This document shows, piece by piece, positions 12,850 through 25,200 of a stretch of DNA of 64,000 bases. A model generated the notes under the pieces. It ran no database searches, was not told where the DNA came from, and saw only the letters and a program-made list of their open reading frames with translations. Each line of letters starts with the position of its first letter. The first letter of the stretch is position 1. This DNA is from Malacoraja senta (Eukaryota), in assembly GCA_038087875.1 (NCBI GenBank), contig JAXLNO010000385.1:1116001-1180000 (forward strand). The letters run 5' to 3'. Made by a program: the position numbers and the translations under genes.

Positions 12850-13479
12850 GTGGTACACAAAAATGCTGGAGAAACTCAGCGGGTGCAGCAGCATCTATGG
12901 AGCGAAGGAAATAGGTAACGTTTCGGGCCGAAACCCTTCTTCAGACTGATAGGGGGTGGGGAGAAGAAAGGAAAAAAGGAAAAAAGACGGAGGAGGAGCC
13001 CGAGGGCTGGGGGAGGGGAGGAGACAACCAGATGGCTGATGATGGGGAGGGGACAGCAAGGGCTAGCAGAATTGGGAGAATTCAATGTTCAAGCCCCCAG
13101 GATGTAGACTGCCCAAGCGGAATATGAGGTGCATTTCCTCCAATTTACGGTGTTGCTCGCTGTGGCCATGGAGGAGACCCAGGACAGAGAGGTCAGATAC
13201 GGAATGGGAGGGGGAGTTGAAGTGTGAGCCACCGGGAGGTCAGGTTGGTTATTGCGGACCGACCGGAGGTGTTCGGCGAAACGATCGCCAAGCCTCCGCT
13301 TGGTCTCACCGATGTAGATCAGCTGGCATCTCGAGCAGCGGATGCAATAGATGAGGTTGGAGGAGATGCAGGTGAACCTCTGTCGCACCTGAAACGACTG
13401 CTTGGGTCCTTGAATGGAGTAGAGGGGGGAGGTGAAGGGACAAGTGTTGCATCTCTTGCGGTTGCAAGGGAAAGTACCA
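12850..13479 (-). mobile_element. Penelope-like element 3' fragment (GIY-YIG endonuclease) with 13-bp flanking duplication
   Basis: ORF 13089-13388 reads NLIYCIRCSRCQLIYIGETKRRLGDRFAEH. GGGTTAATGTTTG occurs at 12837-12849 and 13480-13492, and once at the empty site 25747-25759. Confidence 0.9.
12912..12950 (-). ncRNA. Minimal hammerhead ribozyme core of Penelope terminal repeat
   Basis: The minus strand reads CTGAAGA-agggtttcggccc-GAAA-cgtt. Minimal hammerheads are known in Penelope-like element repeats. Confidence 0.65.
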
Positions 13480-13639
13480 GGGTTAATGTTTGCTCCCCTA
13501 CGGGCAGCGTGGAGGAGGAGAGAGAAGAGGGGAGAGAGAGGAGGAGAGAGAAGGGAGAAAGAGAAGGGAGAGAGAGAGAGAAGAGAGAGAGGGAAGAGGG
13601 GAGAGAGAAGGGGGAGACGGGAGCGTGGGGTTCATTTTC

Positions 13640-14165
13640 CCACACAAGCCATAGGTGACTGGGCAATCTGAACCCAAGCACCAAGTTGAAAGCGGCCGAA
13701 TGTGTGCATTCCTCGGAACAGCCGCCATTCTGCCACGGCCATCCTCCGTGGGCTGCGGGTCGGGTGGAGCGGAGGTTTGGGACAATGTTCATGCCTTCAC
13801 AGTGATGTAATGGACGCGGGGGTCTGGACAAATCGCTGACAAGTTCGTTATTGGACTTTTCTGTTGAGCGGCAGTCGGTCCTTAGGCTTGTTGGCGACGC
13901 CGCCTTTCGGGTAGGTGGCGTTTTGACAGAACGTCCATTCGGTAAGTTTGCTTTACGGCGTCGCAGCTTTTCGGTTCGTTGGCTTTTAGGTGTCCCGCCC
14001 TTTGGGTTAGTTTGCACTTAGGCATCCCGTCCTTTCGGTTAGTAGGCGTTTCGTCTTCGGACTCTTTCGGTTTATTGGCGTTTCGGCCTCGTTTCCATTC
14101 GGTTCTTTGGCTTCGACTTCTTTGCTTCGGCTTCTTGTCTGTCGGCGCCACGTCTGGGTATCATC
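13640..14165 (-). mobile_element. Unidentified insert with 16/32-bp phased CCGAA repeats (possible MULE/Foldback-like terminus), copy A
   Basis: Reverse complement of 25057-25610. It interrupts Gypsy pol after HGWPD. Confidence 0.4.
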
Positions 14166-17022
14166 CGGCTAGCCGTGCTTAATGACAGACGTTAGCGACC
14201 GTAAGGGTCTTGTCGCTGGCAGTCTGGGCAACCAGGTCCTCCATCCAAGATGAAGGGATGAAGGATACAGTCATCACGATAAAGTCATCGTCCTGCGAGG
14301 GCAGATCCTCGCCGGTCATCCGAGATGCATGTGAAAGAGTGTCCGCCAGGTGCATATCCATTCCACGTGTGTAGGTCAGGACGATGTCATATTTTTGAAG
14401 TTTTAGTAACATCCGTTGTGGGCGCGCTCGAGAGTTATGAATAGGTTTATTGAAATTGCTGATAAGAGGTCGGTGGTCGGTTTTAATTGTAATAGTGCGA
14501 CCAACGATGAAATCGTTGAACATTTTGCAGGCGAACACAACCGCAAACAGCTCTTTTTCGATGAATCGTTTTTGGGTGAATCGTTGTTCTGTGTCAGACA
14601 TGGTTCGCGAGGCCTAGGCGACAGGTTTATTGCCATGGCCATCATTCTGAATGTATACAGCGCGTAGCCCATGTTGTGAGGCGGCACATGGCACATGGCA
14701 GTAATAGGCAGTGTAGGATCAAAGTCCGCTAGAGTAGGGGTGGCCGACATCTGCCGTTTAAGAATGTCAAATGCTGTCTGTTGTTGCTCATGCCAGGTCT
14801 AAGCAGATTCGTTGTGTGTGAGAAGGCGCAATGGGGCTGATATTTCGCTGAAATCTGGAATGAATTTGCTCAAATAGTTAGCCATGCCAAGGGACCTCTG
14901 TAAACTGAGCACATCTGTGGGTGCTGGAAGCTCATTAATTGCACTGGTTTTCGCTGGGTCCGTTTTAGGCCGTCTTTGGTAAATATATGGCCTAAGTATT
15001 TTACCTCATTCACTCTGAATTTGCATTTTTTAGGATATAGCTTGAGATGGATGGCCTGTGCACGCCTCAATACTTTCGTCAGATTGGCATCGTGCTCCTT
15101 GACCGTTTTCCCAGCAATGAAGATATCGTCCACTACTTATACCAAAAGGCTTCCTCAGAAATTGATGACGTCCGAACGGAGTACTGAAAGTTGTCAACTT
15201 GGAGGAGTTTTGTTCCAGTGGAATCTGCCAGAATGAGCTCTTGGCATCTTGCACTGTGAATACAGTTGCTTCAGCCATCTGCGCCGCAATCTCGTCCACA
15301 GAGCACATAGGATAACGCGCCGTTTAATTACTGTATTTAGGTCCTTGGGTTGATACAGATCCGTATCTCATCTCTGTTGTTCTTAGAAGCGACAACCATT
15401 GTGGAGACCCAGTCCGAGGGGTCACTTATGGGAGTAATCACACCCAGAGTCACCATTCTATTAAGTTCACTTTGAACGCGATCCCGCATAGCGTGGGGAA
15501 TCTTGTGAGCCGGACGAACAACTGGGATTGCCTCAGGGTCAATAGTAATCGTGGATCTAACAGGCAACTTGCCCAGCTTACCAGTAAACAAATCCTTGTA
15601 TCGTGTTAGAATTTGACGTGTAAAATCATAGTCTGTAGACAGTGGACAGACAGAAGGGCCGAAAGAAACCAAACCCATGTCTAGGCATACATTGGCACCC
15701 AGTATGGATGGTACCTTCTCGCGTACCATGTAGAAATCCAGGATGTGTTCACGTGAGTTGAGACAGCAACGTAACTCTACTTGGCCGATAGGGTGTAGTC
15801 GAGGACCATCAAATGAGACAAGTGATGCAGTTGTATGAGTTAAAGTTTCTGTGTTTTTCAGCATCTGGAAGACAGCCAAAGAGATTACATTGCAGCGCGC
15901 CCCCGTCGACCTTGAGATAAAGGGTTCTGCCGTTAATAAGGAATGCAACCTTGGGATCTAGCCGGTTGTGCAATGAATTAGACAAAGCATTTACATCAAT
16001 CTCTGCACTATAGCCATCTGTTTGTACATCCATGGGAACTAGGTGTGCGAACTGGGAGCTTGAATATTCATTATTGTTTGGCGAGTTGACAGACTGTCTC
16101 ATTTGAAATCTGTCACTGCGTGAACGACAGCATTTGACGAAATTGTTTATTTTATTGCAGAATCGACAGTTTTCCATACGCAGGGCACCGGTCCCGAACT
16201 GCAATATGTGAACCCCCACAGTTAAAACAATTAGCGATCAATCTTAGGTTATTAGCTGGCCCCTGTGACGAGCGAGCAGGAGTTTGATAAGACAAGCTGG
16301 CCGCATTACCTTCACGAGCAGCAGAGTGTCCAAGAGATTGAATGTGAGCATCAGTCAGTTCAGCTATGCGACAGCGGTTTTCAACAGACGCTAAAGTCAG
16401 GTCAACTTCCTGCAGTAATTCATCGCGTAATTCATCATTCAATATGCCATGGATTAAGCGGTCCCGTACAAGACTATATTCAATCTCTCTGAAATCGCAT
16501 CGACTAGCGACATGCTTCAGCGCATTAACATGTAGTTCAACAGGTTCTCCTTGTTTTTGACACATTGAAAAATATTATGGCGTTCCATGCTTACATTAAT
16601 TTGTAACTCACATAATTGTCAGAATTCACGGCGAGACTCCTCAGCAATTTGATCACCGTTAGCATGAACTCTAGCCAGTGCATGGTGAAATCTTCTGTAA
16701 TGACGAGCAGCCTCAGGGCCTGCCAAATGGAGAAGAATTAATGCACGAAGAGCAGGATCAGCAGCAGGAAATGCAGCCTCGACGTAGATTGAAAAATCCT
16801 CTTCAAACACAAGCCATCGCTCTGCAAGATCTGCATCGAACACCAAGATCCCTGGCTTCCTGAGAGCAGAAGCCATAATCCACAGTAGAAAAATAACAAA
16901 CCAAGATTAAAAAAAATATAATCAATTGAGGGGTAAGTCCGTACACTCTGACACCATGTCGATTGATGTATTTATAATAAGAGTAGCCTTACATCATGAT
17001 AATGATTCTAAGGATAAGTACA

Positions 17023-17835
17023 TGGAGGGCGAGGGGGAGACGGGGAGCGAGAGAGAGCGACGTGGAGGTGAGGGAGGAAGAGGTGTGGGAGAGAGAGGGG
17101 CAGCGAAGAGACGGGAGAGAGCGACGGGTAAGGTAAGAGAAAGATGGGGAGGGAGGGGGGAGAGAGAGGGACTGGAACAGAGAGAGAGATGGAGAGAGAG
17201 GGAGAGATACAGTGAGAGAGAGATAGCGAGAGAGACGGGGAGGGGAGGGAGACAGAGAGACTGGTAGGGGAGGGAGAGAGATAGGCGGGGAGGGAGAGAG
17301 ATAGACGGGGAGGGAGAGAGAATGAGACTGAGAGAGAGAGTGATGCGGAGAGAGGAGGGAGAGAGACGTGGAGGGAGAGAAAGACGGGAGTGGAGGAGAG
17401 AAATAGACTGGGAGGGAAGGGAGATATAGTGAGAGAGACGGGAAAGCGAGGGAGAAGGGTGGGGGGTAGAGATAGAGAGAGAGAAACGGGCAGGAGAGGA
17501 AGACAGAGAGGCGGGGAGGGGAGGGAGAGTTAGGCGGGGAGAGGGAGACGGGTAGGGAGAGAGAGATGGGAAGGGGAGGGGGAGAGAGCGAGAGGGGGGG
17601 AGAGAGCGGGATTGACAGCTAGAGGGAGAGAGAGAGCGGGAGAGAGAGGGAGAGAGAGAGAGATAGACAGGGAGGAAGGGAGAAAGATGTGGAGGGAGAG
17701 CGAGGGATGAGGAGGGAGAGAGACGGCGAGGGAGATGGAGAGCGAGACGGGGAGAAAGAGAGGGTGAGAGAGAGAGGGAGGGTGAGAGAAAGAGAGGAAG
17801 GGAGAGAGAGAGAGAGGGAGAGAGAGAGAGAGAGA
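17023..17835 (+). repeat. Degenerate (GA)/(GGGAGA)-rich purine tract
   Basis: Directly visible; inverse of 21390-22218. Confidence 0.9.
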
Positions 17836-18209
17836 TGAGCGTCTGTCGGTACTGGGCTTGTACCCACTGGAGTTTAGGAGAACGAGGCGGACCTCAATGA
17901 AACGTTTGTCATTTGGCCAGACATTTAGACAGGTACACGGATAGGACATGTTTAAAGGTATATTTACAGGTGCCCTCCCCTTATTCCCGGATTTACAGGT
18001 GCCCTCCCTTAAATCCAAGTGGATGATTTGCTGCCTCACAGCGCCGGATACAGACCACGGGCGGGGTCTGTACATAGTTTGCACGTTCTCCCCGCGACCT
18101 GCTTCGGGCCGGCACGGTGCCTCCAACTCTTCCCCGATCCAGGCGATATAGATTCAAGGGGAAGGGGGAAATATTTAATAGGAACTGAGCGCATAACTTT
18201 TCCACAGAG
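17836..18209 (+). mobile_element. Composite module: CR1 fragments and V-SINE-like head (18029-18102), truncated by gap
   Basis: Contains 'gctgcctcacagcgcc..gtttgcacgttctccccgcgacctgc' and the CR1-like 'tttaataggaactgag..aacttttccacagag'. Confidence 0.65.
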
Positions 18210-18409
18210 NNNNNNNNNNNNNNNNNNNNNNNNNNNNNNNNNNNNNNNNNNNNNNNNNNNNNNNNNNNNNNNNNNNNNNNNNNNNNNNNNNNNNNNNNNN
18301 NNNNNNNNNNNNNNNNNNNNNNNNNNNNNNNNNNNNNNNNNNNNNNNNNNNNNNNNNNNNNNNNNNNNNNNNNNNNNNNNNNNNNNNNNNNNNNNNNNNN
18401 NNNNNNNNN
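18210..18409. other. Assembly gap (200 N)
   Basis: Run of N. Confidence 1.
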
Positions 18410-18423
18410 GGGTGTAGATCTAA

Positions 18424-18672
18424 CACAACATGGAAAACAGATCCTTCGGTCCAACTTGCCCAGACTGAACCAACATCTACACTTATTCCACCTGCCCGCG
18501 TTTGGCCCATATCCCTCTAAACCTGTCCTGTCCTGTACCTGTCCAGACGTTGTGAAATCCCTGCCTCAACTACAATCTTCCGGCAGCTGATCCATACAAC
18601 CCACCACCCTCTGTGTGGAAAAATTTACCCCCTCAGTTCCTATTAAATCTTTTACCCCTCCCCTTGAATCTT
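18424..18672 (-). mobile_element. CR1 LINE 3' end fragment
   Basis: The minus strand reads ..cacagagggtggtgggttgtatgga..gagggatatgggccaaacgcgggcaggtgg..gaccgaagga.., a typical CR1 ORF2 end and 3'UTR. Confidence 0.75.
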
Positions 18673-18734
18673 ATCCTCTGGATAGGGAGAGAGAGAAAAT
18701 GTCTTAACCTGGCCACGACAAAAACTTGGCTTAA

Positions 18735-18835
18735 CATAGATAATCAAAATGGTGGAACAACTACTCAACGGGACAGGCAGACAGCTCTGGAGAGAAAAAT
18801 GGGACGTTTCGGGTGGAGACCCCTCTTCAGACGTC
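18735..18835 (-). ncRNA. Penelope-derived repeat remnant with intact hammerhead core (18803-18830)
   Basis: The minus strand reads CTGAAGA-ggggtctccaccc-GAAA-CGTC. Confidence 0.6.
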
Positions 18836-18932
18836 AGCCCTCCTCTCTCCCCTCCCCTACCCCCACAGTCCCTTCCCTCCTCCCATCCCTCTCCCCCCCC
18901 TCTCTCTCCCCTCCCCTCTCTCCTCTCCCTCT

Positions 18933-18976
<44 letters not shown>

Positions 18977-18988
18977 CTCTCTCTCCTT

Positions 18989-19035
<47 letters not shown>

Positions 19036-19058
19036 TCTCTCTCTCTCTCACCCCCCCA

Positions 19059-19154
<96 letters not shown>

Positions 19155-19693
19155 CCTCTCTCTCACCCTTGTCTCTCTCCCTCCCCCATCTCTCCCCATC
19201 GTGTCTTCGGCGCTGAGGCAACAATTCTACACGGATTTAAATGCGAGAATTAGGGTAGGGCACGTGTAAGTCTACCTTTAACCTCTCCTATCCATTTACC
19301 TGTCTAATATCTGGCAAAATGTATCTGGACAAATGACTTTAACGTTGTTTCATTGAGGTGTTACCGTTCTTCTCTCTCCCTCCCTCCCCGGTCCTTCTCC
19401 CTCCCCCACCCGTCACTTCTTCCTTCCCCTACCAGTGCCGACAAACGCTCATCATATGTTGAGCACAGTTTATTAACCTGGCCACGACAACTTGGTTTTA
19501 ACATAGACAAACACAATTCTGGCGTAACTCAACGGGCATGCAGATTCTCTGGGAGAATGAATGCGGACATTCGGGTCGAGACCATTCTTCAGGCGAGACC
19601 CCATCTCTCACTCTCTCCACTTTCCCGTCTCGCTCTTTTCTCCCACGCCTTCAACTCTCTCTCCTCCCCTTACCCATCCTTCTCTCTCCATCC

Positions 19694-19750
<57 letters not shown>

Positions 19751-19759
19751 CCTCTCTCT

Positions 19760-19835
<76 letters not shown>

Positions 19836-20850
19836 GCTTTCTCTCTCTCTCTCTACCCTCTCCTCTTTAACCACACTCTCCCCCATCTCTCTCCCCATCG
19901 GGTATCTGGCACTTGGATTTAACGGAGGGCACCTGTAAATGAGAGAATTAGGGGAGGGCACCTGTAATTATACCTTTAAACCTGTCCTATCCATGTACCT
20001 GTCAAAATTGTCTGGGCCCAAATGTATCTGGCCAAATGACTCAACGTTGTTTCATTGACCTCGTTCTTCTACCTTTCTCTTACCCGTCTTTCTCCTTCCC
20101 TACCCGTCTCTATCTCTTCTCCCTCCCGACTCACTCTTCCTCCCATCCCCGTCTCTCCCTCACCTCCCCGTCACTCTCTTACTTTCTTTCTCTCCCTCTC
20201 CCCCCCCATGTCTCTCTAATCCCAACCTCACCATCTCTCGCTCCATCCACGTGTCTCACCGTCTTCCTCTCGCTACCGCCCCGTCTCTCCCTCCTCTCCT
20301 CTCTCTTTCTCTGCCGCATCTCTTTCTCATCCCCTCCGTGTGTCTCTCTCTCCCCTCTACGTCTCTCTCTTTCTCATCCTCCCCTCGCCTGCGCTCCTTC
20401 TCCTCGTCACTCCCGCTCCCCAGTCTCGGCCACAACTGGAGGGAGGGAGTGTCTGACACCATGCAGAAGGTGTGTGATGGGGTGGGGAAATGAGTGGTGG
20501 GGTTGCATGTAGGAGGGGTCACCGACTGTGTGAAGGGGCTCGGGGGCAGAGGGAGAGAGACGGGGAGGAACGGAGGGAGAGAGAGTGACGGAGGGAGAGA
20601 GAGTGAGGGGGAAGTAGAGAGAGACGGGGAGAGAGAGGCGGGGAGATGGAGAACAGAGAGAGAAACGGGGAGGGAGAGGGATAGATGGGAGAGAGGAGAG
20701 AGAAAGAAGGGGGGTGGGAGGGAGAGACATGGAGAGAGAAAGAGTGAGAGGGCGAGAGGGAGTGAGAGACTGGAAGGGGGGAGAGTGTGAGGGGTGAGTG
20801 ATGGGGAGTCCCGAGAAAGTGACGGAGAGGGGGGTAGAGGGGTGGGGATG
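18836..20850. repeat. (CT)n/(GA)n tracts with decayed CR1/Penelope pieces
   Basis: Directly visible; a degenerate hammerhead lies at ~19565-19593. Confidence 0.8.
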
Positions 20851-20852
20851 TA

Positions 20853-21390
20853 AACACAACATGGAAACTGGTCCTTCGGTCAACTTACCCAGACTGACCA
20901 ACATGCCCCATCTACACTTATTTCCACCTGCCTGCGTTTGGCCCATATCCCTCCAAACCTGTCCTATCCCTGTACCTGTCCAAACGTTGTGATAATCCCT
21001 GCCTCAACTAGATCTTCCGGTAGCTGATCCATACAACCCACCACCCTCTGTGTGAAAAGTTACACCCTCAGGTTCCTATTAAATATTTCCCCCTTCCCCT
21101 GAATCTATAATCGCCTGGATAGGGAGAGAGAGGGGAGGGTGTTGAGTTGGAGGCACCGTGCCGGGCCCGAGGCAGGTCGCGGGGAGAAAGTGCAAAATCT
21201 CTGTACAGATCCCGCCCGTGGTCTGTATCCGGCGCTGTGAGGCTGCAAATCTACCAAAATATACCTTTAAACATGTCCTATCCATGTACCTGTCTAAATG
21301 TCTGGCCAAATGACAAACGTTTCATTGAGGTCCGCCCTCGTTCTTCTAAACTCCAGTGGGTACAAGCCCAGTACCGACAAACGCTCATCT
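20853..21390 (-). mobile_element. CR1 3' end (20853-21107), V-SINE-like head (21170-21246) and CR1 fragment
   Basis: Same module as 42850-43455. Confidence 0.72.
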
Positions 21391-22218
21391 CTCTCTCTCT
21401 CCCTCTCTCTCCCTCTCTCTCTCTCACCCTCCCTCTCTCTCTCACCCTCTCTTTCTCCGCGTCTCGCTCTCCATCTCCCTCATCGTCGCTCTCCCTCCAC
21501 ATCTTTCTCCCTTCCTCCCTGTCTATCTCTCTCTCTCCCTCTCTCTCCCGCTCTCTCTCTCTCTCCGTCTCTTGCTGTCAATCCCGCTCTCTCTCCCCCT
21601 CTCGCTCTCTCCCCCTCCCCTCCCCATCTCTCTCTCCCTACCCGTCTCCCTCTCCCCGCCTAACTCTCCCTCCCCTCCCCGTCTCTCTGTCTTCCTCTCC
21701 TGCCCGTTTCTCTCTCTCTCTCTACCCCCACCCTTCTCCCTCGTTTTCCCGTCTCTCTCACTCTCCCTTCCCTCCCTGTCTATTTCTCTCCGCCACTCCC
21801 GTCTTTCTCTCCCTCCGCGTCTCTCTCCCTCCTCTCTCCGCATCACTCTCTGTCAGTCTCATTCTCTCTCCGTCCCCGTCTATCTCTCTCCCTCCGCGTC
21901 CCTCTCCCTCCTCTCTCCGCATCCACTCTCTCCCCGTCTCATTCTCTCTCCCTCCCCGTCTATCTCTCTCCCCTCCCCTCCCAGTCTCTCTGTCTCCCTC
22001 CCCTCCCCGTCTCTCTCGCTCTCACTCTCACTGTATCTCTCCCTCTCTCTCCATCTCTCTCTCTGTTCCAGTCCCTTTCTCTCCCCCCTCCCTCCCACTT
22101 TCTCTTACCCTACCCGTCGCTCTCTCCCGTCCCTTCCCTGCCCCTCTCTCTCCCACACCTCTTCCTCCCTCCCCTCCACGTCTCTCTCTCTCCCTCCCCG
22201 TCTCCCCCTCGCCCTCCA
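21391..22218 (+). repeat. Degenerate (CT)-rich pyrimidine tract
   Basis: Directly visible. Confidence 0.9.
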
Positions 22219-25200
22219 TGTACTTATCCTTAGAATCCTTATCATGGTATAAGGCTACTCTTATTATAAGGACATCAATCGACATGGTGTCAGAGTGTAC
22301 GGACTTACTCCTCAATTGATTCTATTTTTTTTATCTTGGTTTGTTATTTTTCTACTGTGGATAATGGCTTCTGCTCTCAGGAAGCCAGGGATCTTGGTGT
22401 TCGATGCAGATCTTGCAGAGCGATGGCGTGTGTTTGAAGAGGATTTTTCAATCTACGTTGAGGCTGCATTTCCTGCTGCTGATCCTGCTCTTCGTGCATT
22501 AATTCTTGTCCATTTGGCAGGCACTGAGGCTGCTCGTCGTGCCAGAAGATTTCACCATGCACCGGCTAGAGTTGATGCCAACGGTCATCAAATTGCTGTG
22601 GAGTCTCGCCGTGATCCTGAATGTCTCCTACGTAAATTCTGACAATTATGTGAGTTACAAATGAATGTAAGGATGGAACGCCATAATATTTTTCAATGTG
22701 TCAAAAACAAGGAGAACCTGTTGAACGACATGTTAATGCGCTGAAGCATGTCGCTAGTCGATGCGATTTCAGAGAGATTCAATGTAGTCTTGTACGGGAC
22801 CGCTTAATCCATGGCATATTTAATGATGAATTACGCGATGAATTACTGCAGGAAGTTGACCTGACTTTAGCGGCTGTTGAAAACCGCTGTCGCATACCTG
22901 AACTGACTGATGCTCACATTCAATCTCTTGGACACTCTGCTGCTCGTGAAGGTAATGCGGCCAGCTGGTCTTATCAAACTCCTGCTCCCTCGTCACAGGG
23001 GCCGGCTAATAACCTAAGATTGATCGCTAATTGTTTTAACTGTGGGGGTTCACATATTGCAGTTCGGGACCGGTGCCCTGCGTATAGAAAACGGTCGATT
23101 CTGCAATAAAAGAAACAATTTCGTCAAATGGTGTCGTTCACGCAGTGACAGATTTCAAATGAGACAGTCTGTCAACTCGCCAAACCATAATGAATATTCA
23201 AGCTCCCAGTTCGCACACCTAGTTCCCATGGATGTACAAACAGATGGCTATAGTGCAGAGATTGATGTAAATGCATTGTCTAATTCAGTGCACAACCGGC
23301 TAGATCCCAAGGTTGCATTTCTTATTAACGGCAGAACCCTTTATCTCAAGGTCGACGGGGGCGCGCTGCATTGTAATCTCTTTGGCTGTCTTCCAGATGC
23401 TGAAAAACACAGAAACTTTAAGTCATACCACTGCATCACTTGTCTCATTTGATGGTTCTCGACTACACCCTATCGGCCCAGTAGAGTTACGTTGCTGTCT
23501 CAACGCACGTGATCATATCCTGGATTTCTACATGGTACGCGAGAAGGTACAATCCATACTGGGTGCCAATGTATGCCTAGACATGGGTTTGGTTTCTTTC
23601 GGCCCTTCTGTCTGTCCACTGTCTACAGACTATGATTTTACACATCAAATTCTAACACAATACAAGGATTTGTTTAATGGTAAGCTGGGCAAATTGCCTG
23701 TTAGATCCACGATTACTATTGACCCTGAGGCAATCCCAGTTGTTCGTCCAGCTCACAAGATTCCCCACGCTATGCGGGATCCCGTTCAAAGTGAACTTAA
23801 TAGAATGGTGACTCTGGGTGTGATTAGTCCCATAAGTGACCCCTCGAACTGGGTCTCCGCAATGGTTGTCGCTTCTAAGAACAACAGAGATGAGATACGG
23901 ATCTGTATCAACCCCAAGGACCTAAATACAGTAATTAAACGGCGCGTTATCCTATGTGCTCTGTGGACGAGATTGCGGCGCAGATGGCTGAAGCAACTGT
24001 ATTCACAGTGCAAGATGCCAAGAGCTCATTCTGGGAGATTCCACTGGAACATAACTCCTCCAAGTTGACAACTTTCAGTACTCCGTTCGGACGTCATAAA
24101 TTTCTGAGGATGCTTTTTGGTATAAGTTCTGCCAGTGAAGTATTTCAACAATCCATGGAACAATTGTTTGTAGGATACCCATGCTCCATCGTAGTGGACG
24201 ATATCCTCATTGCTGGGAAAACGGTCAATACTTAGGCCATATATTTACCAAACACGGCCTAAAAACGGATCCAGCGAAAACCAGTGCAATTAATGAGCTT
24301 CCAGCACCCACAGATGTGCTCAGTTTACAGAGGTCCCTTGGCATGGCTAACTATTTGAGCAAATTCATTCCAAATTTGAGCGAAATATCAGCCCCATTGC
24401 GCCATCTCTCACACAACGAATCTGCTTAGACCTGGCATGAGCAACAACAGACAGCATTTGACACTCTTAAACGGCAAATGTCGGCCACCCCTACTCTAGC
24501 GGACTTTGATCCTTGACTGCCTATTACTGCCATGTGCCATGTGCCGCCTCACAACATGGGCTACGCGCTGCATACCTTCAGAATGATGGCCATTGCAATA
24601 AACCTGTCGCCTAGGCCTCGCGAACCATGTCTGACACAGAACAACGATTCACCCAAATCGAAAAAGAGCTGTTTGCGGTTGTGTTCGCCTGCAAAATGTT
24701 CAACGATTTCATCGTTGGTCGCACTATTACAATTAAAACCGACCACCGACCTCTTATCAGCATTTTCAATAAACCTATTCATAACTCTCCAGCGCGCCCA
24801 CAACGGATGTTACTACAACTTCAAAAATATGACATCGTCCTGACCTACAAACGTGGAATGGATAAGCACCTGGCGGACACTCTTTCACATGCATCTCGGA
24901 TGACCTGCGAGGATCTGCCCTCGCAGGATGATGACTTTATCGTGATGACTGTATCCTTCATCCCTTCATCTTGGATGGAGGACCTGGTTGCCCAGACTGC
25001 CAGCGACAAGACCCTTACGGTCGCTAACTTCTGTCATTAAGCACGGCTGGCCGGATGATACCCAGACGTGGCGCCGACAGACAAGAAGCCGAAGCAAAGA
25101 AGTCGAAGCCAAAGAACCGAATGGAAACGAGGCCGAAACGCCAATAAACCGAAAGTGTCCGAAGACGAAACGCCTACTAAGCTATAGGACGGGATGCCTA

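Larger units (their letters stand above)
12122..17022 (-). mobile_element. Degenerate Ty3/Gypsy (Mag/K02A2.6-like) LTR retrotransposon, family 1, copy A; integrase core missing
   Basis: The 3' LTR is 12122-12302 (TG..CA) with PPT at 12303-12312. PBS TGGTGTCAGAGTG is at 16944-16956 and a 5' LTR remnant at 16957-17022. Gag (16152-16876, CFNCGGSH), protease/RT (15030-15948, 14870-15133) and RNase H (IEKELFAVVFA..TDHRPL, 14179-14601) fragments are present. Confidence 0.92.
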
